Shown here: piece after piece, positions 1 to 11,453 of the stretch
Layout: each line of letters starts with the position of its first letter
How positions within the stretch are numbered: position 1 is the stretch's first letter
Assembly: GCA_012295275.1 (NCBI GenBank)
Contig: CM022670.1
Span: 2,108,001 to 2,172,000, forward strand
DNA: 64,000 nucleotides
Origin: Chrysomallon squamiferum
Lineage: Eukaryota; Animalia; Mollusca
Direction of reading: 5' to 3'
The notes under the pieces: model-generated
Seen by the model: only the letters and a program-made list of their open reading frames with translations
Told to the model about the DNA's origin: nothing
Databases searched by the model: none
Position numbers and translations under genes: made by a program

Positions 1-904
1 CCTGCATTCAAAATATGCATAAAATACTAGTTCACATCTGTGATATAAATTTACCTGTTTAGACTGATTCAGTTTTCAAAAAGTTATGCCTGTGACTAGC
101 ATGCTTGGATGGAAATTAACATTTTCACCCGCATGATAAATCAAGTTAAGTATTATTATACGGTTTTATTTATTTCAAACCAACTGATTAAGTGGGTGGC
201 CATATTGTATAAAACGTTGTAATATTAACAGATGATAAATGGTAGATCTGGCAGGTTACATCTATCAATGTGTCATTCTTCAGGTTGATGTTATATGCAC
301 CCATGCAAAATGTACACTAATTAGCAAAATTAAGTTAAATCACGTGTATGTCTTCTCAAGTATCACATACGAACCGTGAACCATATAGCTATAAGTATAA
401 CAAAGCAATTTGCTTGACCTCAGTAGCCTCGTCTTCTTGCACTTTATACAATAGATGATATTTATGTAACCTAATGATTAACTTACAGCATAATTTAATT
501 TTATATGCTGGACTGCAGCAGAATAAAAATAGATTTACCACCGTTGATTCAGCAGGGGGGCTGGGGAGTTTAGTAGTAGTAGTAGTAGCAGTAGTATTTG
601 TTGTAATTATATTTGCTTTATCAGATCTCATTCTAATTTTATATTACGTTTAATTCAGCTATCTCTCTCTCTCACACACACACACACCTGATCTATTATG
701 GATAATAAAAAAATGTGAACTTAAAGCATTTTAAAAAAAATTGCAATATTAAAAATCTTAATTTTAAAATTAGTAGATAACGCTATTAAATATTATTATC
801 ATAATTAACACATAATTAGTTTAATAGTTACTACATGAATTCCTGACACTAATGTTGATCAGCAAATAATGTGAAAAATTTGATGACATTCCATTTTTAT
901 ATAA

Positions 905-952
905 TGGGACTCCGTACTTCACCAATAGCCTCGGCAGCCTCTGCCTTTGAAC
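905..952 (+). promoter_or_regulatory. Conserved proximal promoter/5' UTR block of the CBR copies
   Basis: The GC-richer block GGGACTCC.TACTT...CTCGGC(A/T)GCCTCTGCC lies about 70-120 nt upstream of the ATG in all four copies (also about 6559-6598, 11350-11390, 17489-17535), while its flanks diverge. Confidence 0.5.
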
Positions 953-1027
953 TTTTGTGAATACGGTGATTCACGTAGTTAAATAACAAAAATTTATTAA
1001 AAGTCGTTTACAACGTTAGTCACCATA

Positions 1028-4000
1028 ATGATTGCAGTGGTATGTAAATAAATATAATTCTTAAGAACAAAATTTTCAAAAATTAAATCCCGTGGTTTAA
1101 AATAGAAAAGTATTTGTTTCAACATTTCGTCATTTGTAATAGTTACGCTAGAAGTAAATTATTAATGGGAGGATTGAACAAAGTACAAAATTAACGAATA
1201 TTATTTATATGTTAATACATTATTTACGTTTAAAAATCAAAAATAAATAAATAAATAAATACATTGGTATAAACTAACTGTATTTTGTTCTATTATTAAT
1301 ATAATTTTCAACCTACAATTAAATAATTCATTTGTAAGCGACATTTCTTAAAAACAGTAAATAAGACGTATCGGGACTAAAGCGAAAAACGATGAACGGA
1401 TCGGAAATTGCACATTTTAAGGTTTTATGTGCAGTGGCGTGCAAAGGTGGGGGGCGAAGGGGTGGTGGCCCCGGGCATCCAATCAGAGAAAAGAACTTAA
1501 TAAATCTAGCTGATTTATATTTAAATCGAATGAAGTGTTTATTTTATGTTTTATCTTCCTTTCTCATATTTCTCTGTACAAGACATTATGCTTGAGTCTT
1601 TGGGGCATACAGTCAAGGAGTTGGCCCCGGGCATCAGCAGACCTCAGCACGCCACTGTTTATGTGATTGATAAAATACTGAAAATAAAGAATATAATGGT
1701 GATTTTTATGTATATGAAAAGCATATCATTTTGTTTAAAAATGAAAAAAAAAAGTTTCTTTCCAAAAATTAAATAATGACACTGCAAACGTTAAATACAA
1801 TTTAATAATGATTACTTATTTAGGTGACTGGATCAAACAAGGGAATTGGATTTGCTATAGTTAGAGCTTTGTGTAAGAAATTTGATGGTGATGTTTTTCT
1901 GACTGGTAAGTATCTAATTAAAAAGTTTAAATTTGAGGTGTACGAAACGAATTCGAAAGAAAACTGCTTCCAATTTCGTTTCGGTGTTATAATGTACTCA
2001 TTAGAATTTACGATTTTTTCTGCGGTCACAAAATATGCGGATACCAGAGTTATCTCATGAGCATCAGCCAGTCAGTAATCGGTACTACTAGTGAATGTGC
2101 TAAAAACTTTGTTTCCATTCTTTTCCTACCACGTGTTTGCTTTTTCGCGCCATTTGAAGTTTTATGCTAGTGACGTGATGCGCCTCGTGTAGCTTAGCGT
2201 TTTGTCTATTAATATTTAAACAATGTGGAAAAGTCCACTTATGATTGAATTTTCCATGACTGGACAAATTTGATCAATAAAAACTAAATGTTTTCATGTT
2301 CTGAAAGAAAAAATGCAGTGCATTACAAAAGTTGAGTATTATTTTGTGTTTCGTTTTGAACTCTCAAAATAAGATTTATTTCGTTTTGTTAATTTTCGAA
2401 AGATTAAAAATTTATTTTACACACTATACTGTAAACATAAAAATAACTAATGTTAGTATAATCCGTTTGGAATGTTTTTTGTTCTGTCATTCATTATTTG
2501 TCTGTCCTCTGCCGTTAATCACATAACAATATTTCTACAGAATTATCTCGGGATATTTTTTAAAAATTTATTTAAATTGTTTTTTTTTTTTTTTTTTTTT
2601 TTACGTTGTTAATATCAAGCAGGTATATTTTTATTTTGATCTCCAGAACAAACATTCAATTACACAATATCTTATATACATATATTCAAAGCTCGTGATA
2701 AAGGTAGAGGTCAAGCTGCAGTATCTGAACTCAATAAAGAGGGGCTGTCTCCAAAGTTTCACCAGTTGGACATCACTGACCACAGCAGTATAGAAAAACT
2801 GAAAAACTTTCTTCAGTCAACATACGGAGGTCTTGATGTTCTCGTCAACAATGCTGGCATTTACATGGTATATTTTTCTTTGTTATATCTATGGATATGG
2901 ATGTGGTGTGTATGTTTGTCTGTATGAGAGACAGAGAAAAGGAAAGAGTGTGGGTATAATTTTGACAGTGAGAATACAAGACATGTCAGAGGGTTGTTTT
3001 GCTTTTTATTGGTAGTGTTATTATTATCATTATTATTTTATTTATTATTAGTCATTGTTGTTATTATTACTTTAATTATTAATTATTTGTATTATTCTTG
3101 TCCAGCCCACAGCTCCATTTGGAGAACAAGCTGAAGTGACAATGAAAACTAATTTCTTTGCCACTTTAGACAACTGTGAAACTTTGTTTCCTTTACTTCG
3201 ACCACATGCCAGGTACACTTAGACTAATTAATAGTCATTATTTAATAAATATTGTTATTTTTAAATATGTTTATTAAATCATAAATAAAAGAGTTATTAT
3301 TTAAATTGTCTGTTTGCATGAGTAATATCAGGCAATAAGATACTGCCTGTATATTAAAATATATATCTCACTATTGAAAGGTGTGAATGAAAGATTTTTG
3401 TGAGAGTAACCCACAAAATGGCGGTGGATTTTTAACTTGTATTTATCATTTGTTTTACTACTTTGAATTGCTAATATAAAAATAGGTTGATGATGATAAC
3501 TGTTTTTTATGTTTAAGAAAAGTAAAATTTTTAGCAATTATTCTTATGCAAAAGCTTATTAAAAGAAATTTATAAATAAACATATTTACTTTGAAATAAA
3601 AAATAAATTTAAAATTATCATTATTAATTTTTAATCTCTTAAAAATGTCTTTATCAGAGTGGTAAACGTTTCGAGTCGCTCTGCGTTGATAAACATTAAG
3701 AAATGTTCAGCTGAACTGCAAGCCAGACTCAGAGATCCAGCAATTACCATGGAAATGCTCAAACAAATTATGCAAGAATTTGTAGAGTAAGTGTATTTGT
3801 TTTATCAAAGGCTGTAGTGTGTGGTTTCATGTGTAAGGGAAGGTTTGTGTAAAGGATGTCCTTGCTTCTGACAAAAAATTATTAGTATTTATGTGTAGAT
3901 TAAATATGTTAAATAAAAGGTATTTTTTCCTTCAGTGTCATTGTCTTATTCATAACTCAACAATGTATAATATTTGAATAATAATTCAAAGAACTCATTT

Positions 4001-5468
4001 TTGCCTTCATTAAATAAAGCTTTTCTTGATTCTTTCTTCCTTGATGAAGCTGAAATATGAGCTAACAAAGACATATTTTTAATAATAATTATTATTTTTT
4101 CTTTGTTTATTTTTTTTAGTGCTGCAAAGTCAGATACCTACAAAGAAAAAGGCTGGCCTGATTCTACTTATGGTGTATCAAAAATTGGAATGAATGTGAT
4201 GACTTTCATTCAGCAGAGAACAATTATGAATGACCCAAGAGAGGATATTGTCATCAATGCTGTGAGATTAAATACTAATTTTCTATAATCTACAACTATG
4301 TTAAAGTAACAAATGAGATTAATTTTTTATTTTATTATTATTATTTTCTTAACAGTATAGTAGAATATTTATTATTTTGAAAATGATAGGTTTGCTGCAT
4401 CATGGCATATTCTGATTTGTTTTTTTTTCATAAATGGACATCACATTAATGCTTGGTAGAGAGAATTTTGTTATTTGAAGATGTCAGCCTTATCATCAGT
4501 TTGAGGTGTCAGACCCAAATATGAGAGATTATATTACCTGATTTGCCATTCCAATCACTAAAGAGTTTGATATTCTGAATGTACCGTAACATTTAGTTGT
4601 TTAAGTTTTATCTTACTGATGTATAAAACAGTTTTATAACTGTTAGTGCTGCTTGAAAATATTATTTTCATTTAATATCAATGTTTAGATTTTTAATTAT
4701 TTATAATTTTTGTTTTTGTTTTTATTTTTTATTTAATTTTTATATATATATAAATTTATTATTTTTTGTTTATATTATTTTATTTTATTTATTTTTATTT
4801 TTTAACTTTTTTATTTTAATTGTTAATTTTTATTATTATTAATTTGATTTTTTAATTTTTTTCTGTGACATTAACAAATTATTAAAAGAATAATTTTATT
4901 TGTAGAACATTATATTAAATTTATTGTGGGTTTTTTCAGTGTTGTCCTGGCACTGTAGCAACAGAAATGAGTAATTTCAGAGGCAATAAAACAATTGATG
5001 AAGGTACATTTTTAAATTAACATCAGAAAACTTTTTCCCTGAATGTCATGTTAAATGAAAAAAATATAAATTATATCTTAATAGTTATATAACATTTAAA
5101 ATGCATAAATAATTTCTCAAAATTTTAAGTTAAATTAAAAAAATATATAACTTATACCTTTATTGATATATCATTATTTTTACCATTACAATCAACTTTG
5201 TCTACTGTTATAGCAAAAACTAGTTTACTACAGTTATTACAGTCATCACTACCACTCTGGTTCCTTACATTTATTACTGCTACCACCACAACAGCTACTA
5301 CCACTGTGCTTGCTGTTGCTACTATCTTCATTATTTCTACAGCATCTACTTTGGAGTTTTTTTATTACAGGTGCAGACACTCCAGTTTACCTTGCACTGT
5401 TACCACCAAATACAACTTCTCCAAAAGGAAATTATGTATTTGAAAGAAAAATAGAAAAGTGGGATTGA
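1028..5468 (+). CDS. CBR1: Carbonyl reductase [NADPH] 1-like SDR, tandem copy 1 (about 269 aa, most divergent copy)
   Basis: Manually spliced exons 1028-1039, 1824-1905, 2692-2867, 3106-3212, 3658-3786, 4120-4261, 4940-5003, 5371-5468 (810 nt). All introns are GT-AG with compatible phases. Translation: MIAV|VTGSNKGIGFAIVRALCKKFDGDVFLT|ARDKGRG...VLVNNAGIYM|PTAPFGEQAEVTMKTNFF...|VVNVSSRS...|GWPDSTYGVSKIG...INA|CCPGTVATEM...|GADTPVYLALLPP...EKWD*. It is colinear with human CBR1 as recalled. The start and the exon-4 acceptor are inferred (see findings). The symbol denotes family, not proven orthology. Confidence 0.88.
1432..1657. mobile_element. Non-autonomous hAT-type MITE (226 bp) in intron 1 of CBR copy 1
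   Basis: Terminal inverted repeats CAGTGGCGTGC (1432-1442) and GCACGCCACTG (1647-1657). Perfect 8-bp target-site duplication TTTATGTG at 1424-1431 and 1658-1665. The internal motif TGGCCCCGGGCATC occurs twice. The paralogous introns of copies 2-4 show the empty site. Confidence 0.93.
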
Positions 5469-5541
5469 GATAAATATAACAACTCTGATAAGTCTGGAAT
5501 AATAAGTAATAATAGTTGAACTACATCCCAGTTTTATTAGT

Positions 5542-5547
5542 AATAAA
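5542..5547 (+). terminator. Candidate polyadenylation signal of CBR copy 1 (homologous AATAAA at 9689-9694 and 15801-15806)
   Basis: AATAAA lies in a conserved context CCCAGTTTTATTAGTAATAAATTCTT, within about 80 nt of the stop codon in copies 1-3. AATAAA is common in this AT-rich DNA. Confidence 0.4.
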
Positions 5548-6322
5548 TTCTTCTAGTATAATTCAGTTATGTCGAAAGATAAAATTATGAAGTGACTGAC
5601 TGACATTTGTTTTGGATCTAGTCTGGAATGATAAATATTAGTAATTAAAAGTAGATCCAGGATTTATTAGAAATACATTGTTCTTACATAATAATAATTA
5701 AATAATTAAATAATAAGAAAAGGTAAGATAAAGTTATTGGCTGCCATCTTAAGTAAATTTTATTTTTTATTTTTTTATTTTTTTATTTTATTTTTTATTT
5801 TAATGATTTGAAATAAACAATAATATATTTATAAAAATATTTAGTGAGGAAAGTTTATATTAGAAACCAATTTATGTTCATTTGTGAAATGATCCACAGT
5901 AAATTTTTGTTGTTGTTGTTGTTGTGCTCTATTATTAGTGAAAATTAATTACCAGAAAAAATTTTAAAAATTAAACAATAACTATATATTGGATAAAATA
6001 AATTTAAAAAAAATTAAATTTATGTTTGGTTTTTATTTTTATTTTTAAATTTCCTAAGACTTGTTTGTACTACCACCTATACATTTTGAAAGAATATTAT
6101 TTCCACTGTTGGTCCTGATACACTGAAAAACAAATACCTGCACATTTAATGGATATTGAACTAAGAGAAACATTTTAAAAAGTAATAATTATTTTTACCT
6201 GTTATTCCATACTTTTTTGGACATCTGTATATTAAATCAAAATGATAGACTTACAATACTGTGTAACCCAAAACTGAGGCATAATTATGTTTCATGAATA
6301 TATTTTTTTTGTGGTAACACAT

Positions 6323-6355
<33 letters not shown>

Positions 6356-6673
6356 TTTTTTGTTTGTTTTTGTAAAATCAATTTAAAATTAAACATTTAC
6401 TCTTGTTGTTTTATTTTAATAATATATTTGTTCTTATTATCACGATCCAAAGTGAACTCGTACCAAAATACTGATCAGCAAATTATATCTATATGACAAA
6501 AAAAAAAAAAAAAAAGAAAAAACTGGAAGAAGCTGACAATTGAATGTTTACCCTAACGGGACTCCATACTTTCCCATTGGTCTCGGCAGCCTCTGCCAGT
6601 AAATTATCCGGTGTGCAGTGGTACAGATCTTTGGTATCATCAAACTTTATTAAGACTAAGAGAACTATACAAC

Positions 6674-8739
6674 ATGTCAGTCGCCAAAAAGGTTGCAGTG
6701 GTATGTAATTAACCATAAAATTTAATAATAAATAAATTTTAAATAAATGTCGTGAGATAAAATAAAATTTATCGTATTTCATTATTTGTAGGGCTAATAG
6801 TAATACTGATCATAGTGACGCTAAAAGTGATGGGAGAATGTCGCAAAGTTAAATGTTAATTATATAAACCAGAGATATATAAAATATATTAGTATTCATT
6901 AATAGTATTGTGTTCTTTTATTATTAATAGTAGTAGTAGTAGTAGTTTTATTATTTACTACTATTAAATAACTCATTTTGTAAGCGATTCTTCTTAAAAA
7001 CCGAAACTAGAACGCACCAGGACTAAAACATAATACGATGAACGGACTGGAAATGACTCTAGAAAACTTTATGCGATTAATAAAAGCTGAAAATACAAAA
7101 ATAAAATAAATAATGGTGAATTTTTATAATTGTTTATCAGTGAAAAGTACAATTTTGTTTAAAAACAAAAATGGAAAAAGTAATGCTAATTTTTCTTCTG
7201 TTTAATTTTTTTTAATAATAATGATTCAATAAATAATTATTTAGGTGACTGGATCAAACAAAGGAATTGGATTTGCTATAGTTAGAGCTTTGTGTAAGAA
7301 ATTTGAAGGAGATGTTTTTCTGACTGGTAAGTGCCTAATTAATTATTATTTGTTTATTTGTTTATTATTATTATTATTATTTGTTGTTTTTTTTTATTTG
7401 TTTTTTTACCATTTAACATAGTAATTATTATTAATAGTATATTGAAAAAATGCTCCATTATTAGAAATTAGAAATATTTTTCTGATCACTCTGTATTGTT
7501 ATATTAGCATTTGCTTTTATATTTCATCACTGCTGTCAGGTAGCATTTGTATATACTTTTATTTTGATCATATTAAATTAGACCATTTCATATTTGTAAA
7601 TTAAATTTGTTTTTAAACAAATATTTCAAAGCTCGTGATGAAGGTAGAGGTCAAGATGCTGTGTCTGAACTCAATAAAGAGGGACTGTCTCCAAAGTTTC
7701 ACCAGCTGGACATCACTGACCACAACAGTATAGAAAAACTGAAAAACTTTCTTCAGTCAACGTACGGAGGTCTTGATGTTCTCGTCAACAATGCTGGCAT
7801 TGCTTACAAGGTATATGTTTTATTTGTGTGTGTGTGTGTAAGAGATAGATAAAGTAGAATTTAGTGGATGTGAATGTGTCCTTATTAGTAGTTGGTCCAC
7901 GCAAGGTTTATGTTTTGCTTTACTGTTATTAATATTCTAACTGTTTGTTTAAAAATTACTGCTGTACTAACTGTTTTTTTTATTACTATAATTTTAATAA
8001 TTTTCATTATTCAGGTGCAGTCCACAGCTCCATTTGGAGAACAAGCTGAAGTGACAGTGAAAACTAATTTCTTTGCCACTTTAGACAACTGTGAAACTTT
8101 ATTTCCTCTACTTCGACCACATGCCAGGTAGGCTTAGACTAAATGATGTGGTTATCAATTCCATAATTTCTGCCATGAATCATGTCTGGGTTATCAAATA
8201 AATTACTGTTAATTGATAACAATTTGATGAGAAGCAAAATTGTTATCAGTTATTCTTATGCATAAATTTATTTACTTAATAAATATTTTATAATTTATTT
8301 CAGAGTAGTGAATGTTTCCAGTCTCTGTTCACAGATGGCTGTTAAGAAATGTTCACCGGAACTACAAGCCAAGCTCAAAGATCCAGCAATTACCATGGAA
8401 ACACTGAAAAAACTTATGCAAGATTTTGTAGAGTAAGTATTTGTTTTAAAATCTCTCAAAACTGTTTAACAGCCTTAGCTGCAAGTAAAGTATGACAGTT
8501 AGTAATAAAGAAATGCATGGAGACTGCCACTTTTCCACTGTTTAGTGATAACATTTAAAACTCTGGTAGACTGAATCAGTCAGATCATTTGTTCAAGCAG
8601 TTGTATTAATTAATATGTTAATTATTCATGTACACATGAACTGACATACTGAAGGAGTAAATTTGAAGAAATTATTAAATAAATCATGATGCAGCTGAAA
8701 TGTGTTTTAATGACATTTTTATATTTTTTAAATTGTTTT

Positions 8740-8799
<60 letters not shown>

Positions 8800-9613
8800 C
8801 AGTGCTGCAAAGTCAGGTACCCACAAAGAAAAAGGCTGGCCTGATTCTGCTTATGGTGTATCAAAAATTGGAGTCAGTGTGATGAGCTTCATTCAGCAGA
8901 GAACAATGATGAATGACCCAAGAGAGGATATTGTCATCAATGCTGTGAGACTAAATTTGTATTTTGTATAATTTACCTCTACATTAAATAACAAATAAAC
9001 TTTATTTTTTCTCTTTCTTTTTATTTTTTTAATATGGAAAAGTAGCAAATCTATTATTTTGAAAATGATACAACATTTCTGGTTTGTTTTTAATCAAATG
9101 TATGTTACATTAATACTTTATAATTTTCTTTCAGTGCTGCCCAGGCTATGTAGCAACAGATATGAGCAGTTTTAAAGGCCCTAAAACAATTGATCAAGGT
9201 ATATTGTTAAAAATTCACTTAAGTAAAATATTACCTAAAATTTTGAATTAAGTGAAAAAATATAAAATTATACCACAATATTTATATAATTCTTTTCTAA
9301 GTAAAGAATTTTTTTTTTTTTTTAACAATTTTTTAGATATATATTTTGTTTCTTATATATATTTTTGTTATATATATATATATATATATATATAATCATA
9401 GCTATTTTACCAGTTTTATTTGTATTGGTACTATGACTGCAGCTTCTACAATTACTACTATTAAACCCACTACTTTTATAACTACACTGTGAATGCAACT
9501 ACTTTTTTATTACAGGTGCAGACACTCCAGTTTACCTTGCACTGTTACCACCAAATACAACTTCTCCAAAAGGAAATTATGTAACTGAAAGAAAAATTGA
9601 ACAGTGGGGATAA
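6674..9613 (+). CDS. CBR1: Carbonyl reductase [NADPH] 1-like SDR, tandem copy 2 (277 aa)
   Basis: Exons 6674-6700, 7245-7326, 7632-7810, 8015-8127, 8304-8432, 8803-8944, 9135-9198, 9516-9613 (834 nt, open frame). Translation: MSVAKKVAV|VTGSNKGIG...NNAGIAYK|VQSTAPFGEQAEVTVKTNFF...NVSSLCSQMA...GWPDSAYGVSK...CCPGYVATDMSSFKG...EQWG*. The catalytic N-S-Y-K tetrad is intact. Confidence 0.95.
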
Positions 9614-11088
9614 GATCAATTATAAGAACTCTCAAAAGTCTGGAATAATATTTATTAATAATTAAAACTACATCCCAGTTTTATTAGTAATAAATTCTTG
9701 TAGTTTAATCATGAAGAAAATATTCACATATATCCAAAGATAAAATTATGAAGTTTAGTAGATCATAGTTATCTGATTATTTTATTTTATTTTTTTAAAT
9801 TTGCCTTAATGGCAGTGAAACAAACAATAATGTATGAGTCTATTTATAAAAATACCTAATCAGAAATGCTGTTTACGTTAGAAACAAGTGTATGTAATAT
9901 GTAGTCAGTCTTTCATTTGTGAAATGATGGACAATAAACACTGACAAAAATAAATATGGTAGATACAAAGTAATCAGATTCACATATTTCATTGCCGTGT
10001 TTTATTATTAGCAAAGATTTGTTATTGATACCAAAATAAAATAAAAGTCTACTTAGACTATTGTTTTATTACCAAATGTACACTTTCAAACAATATTACA
10101 TTCATCATGTACATGTTACAGAAACAGCAGACCCATTATAATGGATGCATGGCTTAAACAAAGAAAATAAGAATTAATAATTATTTTTACCTATTATTTC
10201 AGAGTTTTTGAACATAGTTATGTCTGTCAGATTAAAGTGATACAGACTTGTTATCTAAGGTAATCCAAAACAAAGACATTATTTCTTACATGAATTTATT
10301 TCTCATTATGGTTACACATCTTCAACACCATTTCTGGGTTTTTTCTTCTTTTTTTACATTATTTTTATAAAAACATTTAAAATAAAAAATATATATAAAC
10401 TTCAGCTGTGTTTTTGTTTTATTGTACTAATTTTATTTTTCTTAATAATCTTTGAGAGGATTAAAATATAATTTAATTATCTGGACATTGAAATATTAAA
10501 TACAATTTAATTTTGTTTAAAAATGTATTAAAATCATAATTGAGATCCACATAATAATAATTATGTTTAAGACTGGGTTACTCCTACCCATTTGTCAACA
10601 GGGGAGGATCTTGAGAAAACAAAGAAATCATGCAATAATCAAAAGTCAATGATCATAATAATGTGAATAAGTAAAAGCCAAACCTTGTATTTTTAAATTG
10701 TGAAATTAAAATATTATGTTATTTAGTTATGAAACGGATCAGAATCGTTTTTTAATTGTTTTTCTTAATTGTTTTTTGTTTGTTGTTGTTTTTTTTTTTT
10801 TTTTTTTTGTTCACTTTAATATAATGAAATTTTAACGTCTTAACTTTTAACGTTTTAAAAGTTTGAAACTTATAACAAATATATAAGCTATCAACAGTCA
10901 AAAATAAATAAATAAATAAATAAATAATTAAATTAAAAAAAAAAAAATAATAATAATAAATGTATAAAATTTGATAGAGATAACAGACACATAACAAACA
11001 TTTGATGATTTCATCAAAACGCAGGTTAACGTGTCTGCACAATTTTATACTGTCTCATATTTGATAGCCCACTTGGCTTTCTGTTTAG

Positions 11089-11133
<45 letters not shown>

Positions 11134-11453
11134 TGTGTAATTAATCATTAACTCACTACTTGATTACCAAACAACAACAAAATAAAAAAGCAAAACAAAT
11201 CTCGTTTTCAAAAAGTTAATAAATGGATTAATAAACATTATTATCATAATGCTAACGTAATTAATAGTTACTGCATGAAATCCTGACAACTAGGACACAT
11301 CTTAATCAGCTGACATTGAATTGTGATACTAACGCGAGTAACTGATATCCAAACTTTCACATTAATCTCGGCTGCCTCTGCCTTTGAATTACCTACCGTG
11401 CATGCTTCGATTCAGGTCATCATTATTCAATTTTATTAAGAGTAATTTGTGAC

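Noticed and set aside
852-870. Nrf2/ARE-like site TGATCAGCAAA upstream of copies 1 and 2
   Set aside because: It does not fit TGA(C/G)nnnGC spacing and is not kept in copies 3 and 4.
5198-5370. Thr-rich ORFs preceding the last CBR exon (also 15432 and 21273)
   Set aside because: They are (ACT)-rich low-complexity intron 7 sequence, read in frames different from the CBR exon.
5466-5520. TGA readthrough or selenocysteine at the end of copy 1 (and copy 4)
   Set aside because: The TGA aligns with TAA in copy 2 and with the normal CBR C-terminus, and I see no SECIS-like structure.
7030-7095. Possible box C/D snoRNA in CBR intron 1 (CGATGA...CTGA)
   Set aside because: Box C is imperfect, there is no terminal stem, CTGA is not kept in copies 3 and 4, and copy 1 is interrupted by a MITE. 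The conservation is explained by duplication.
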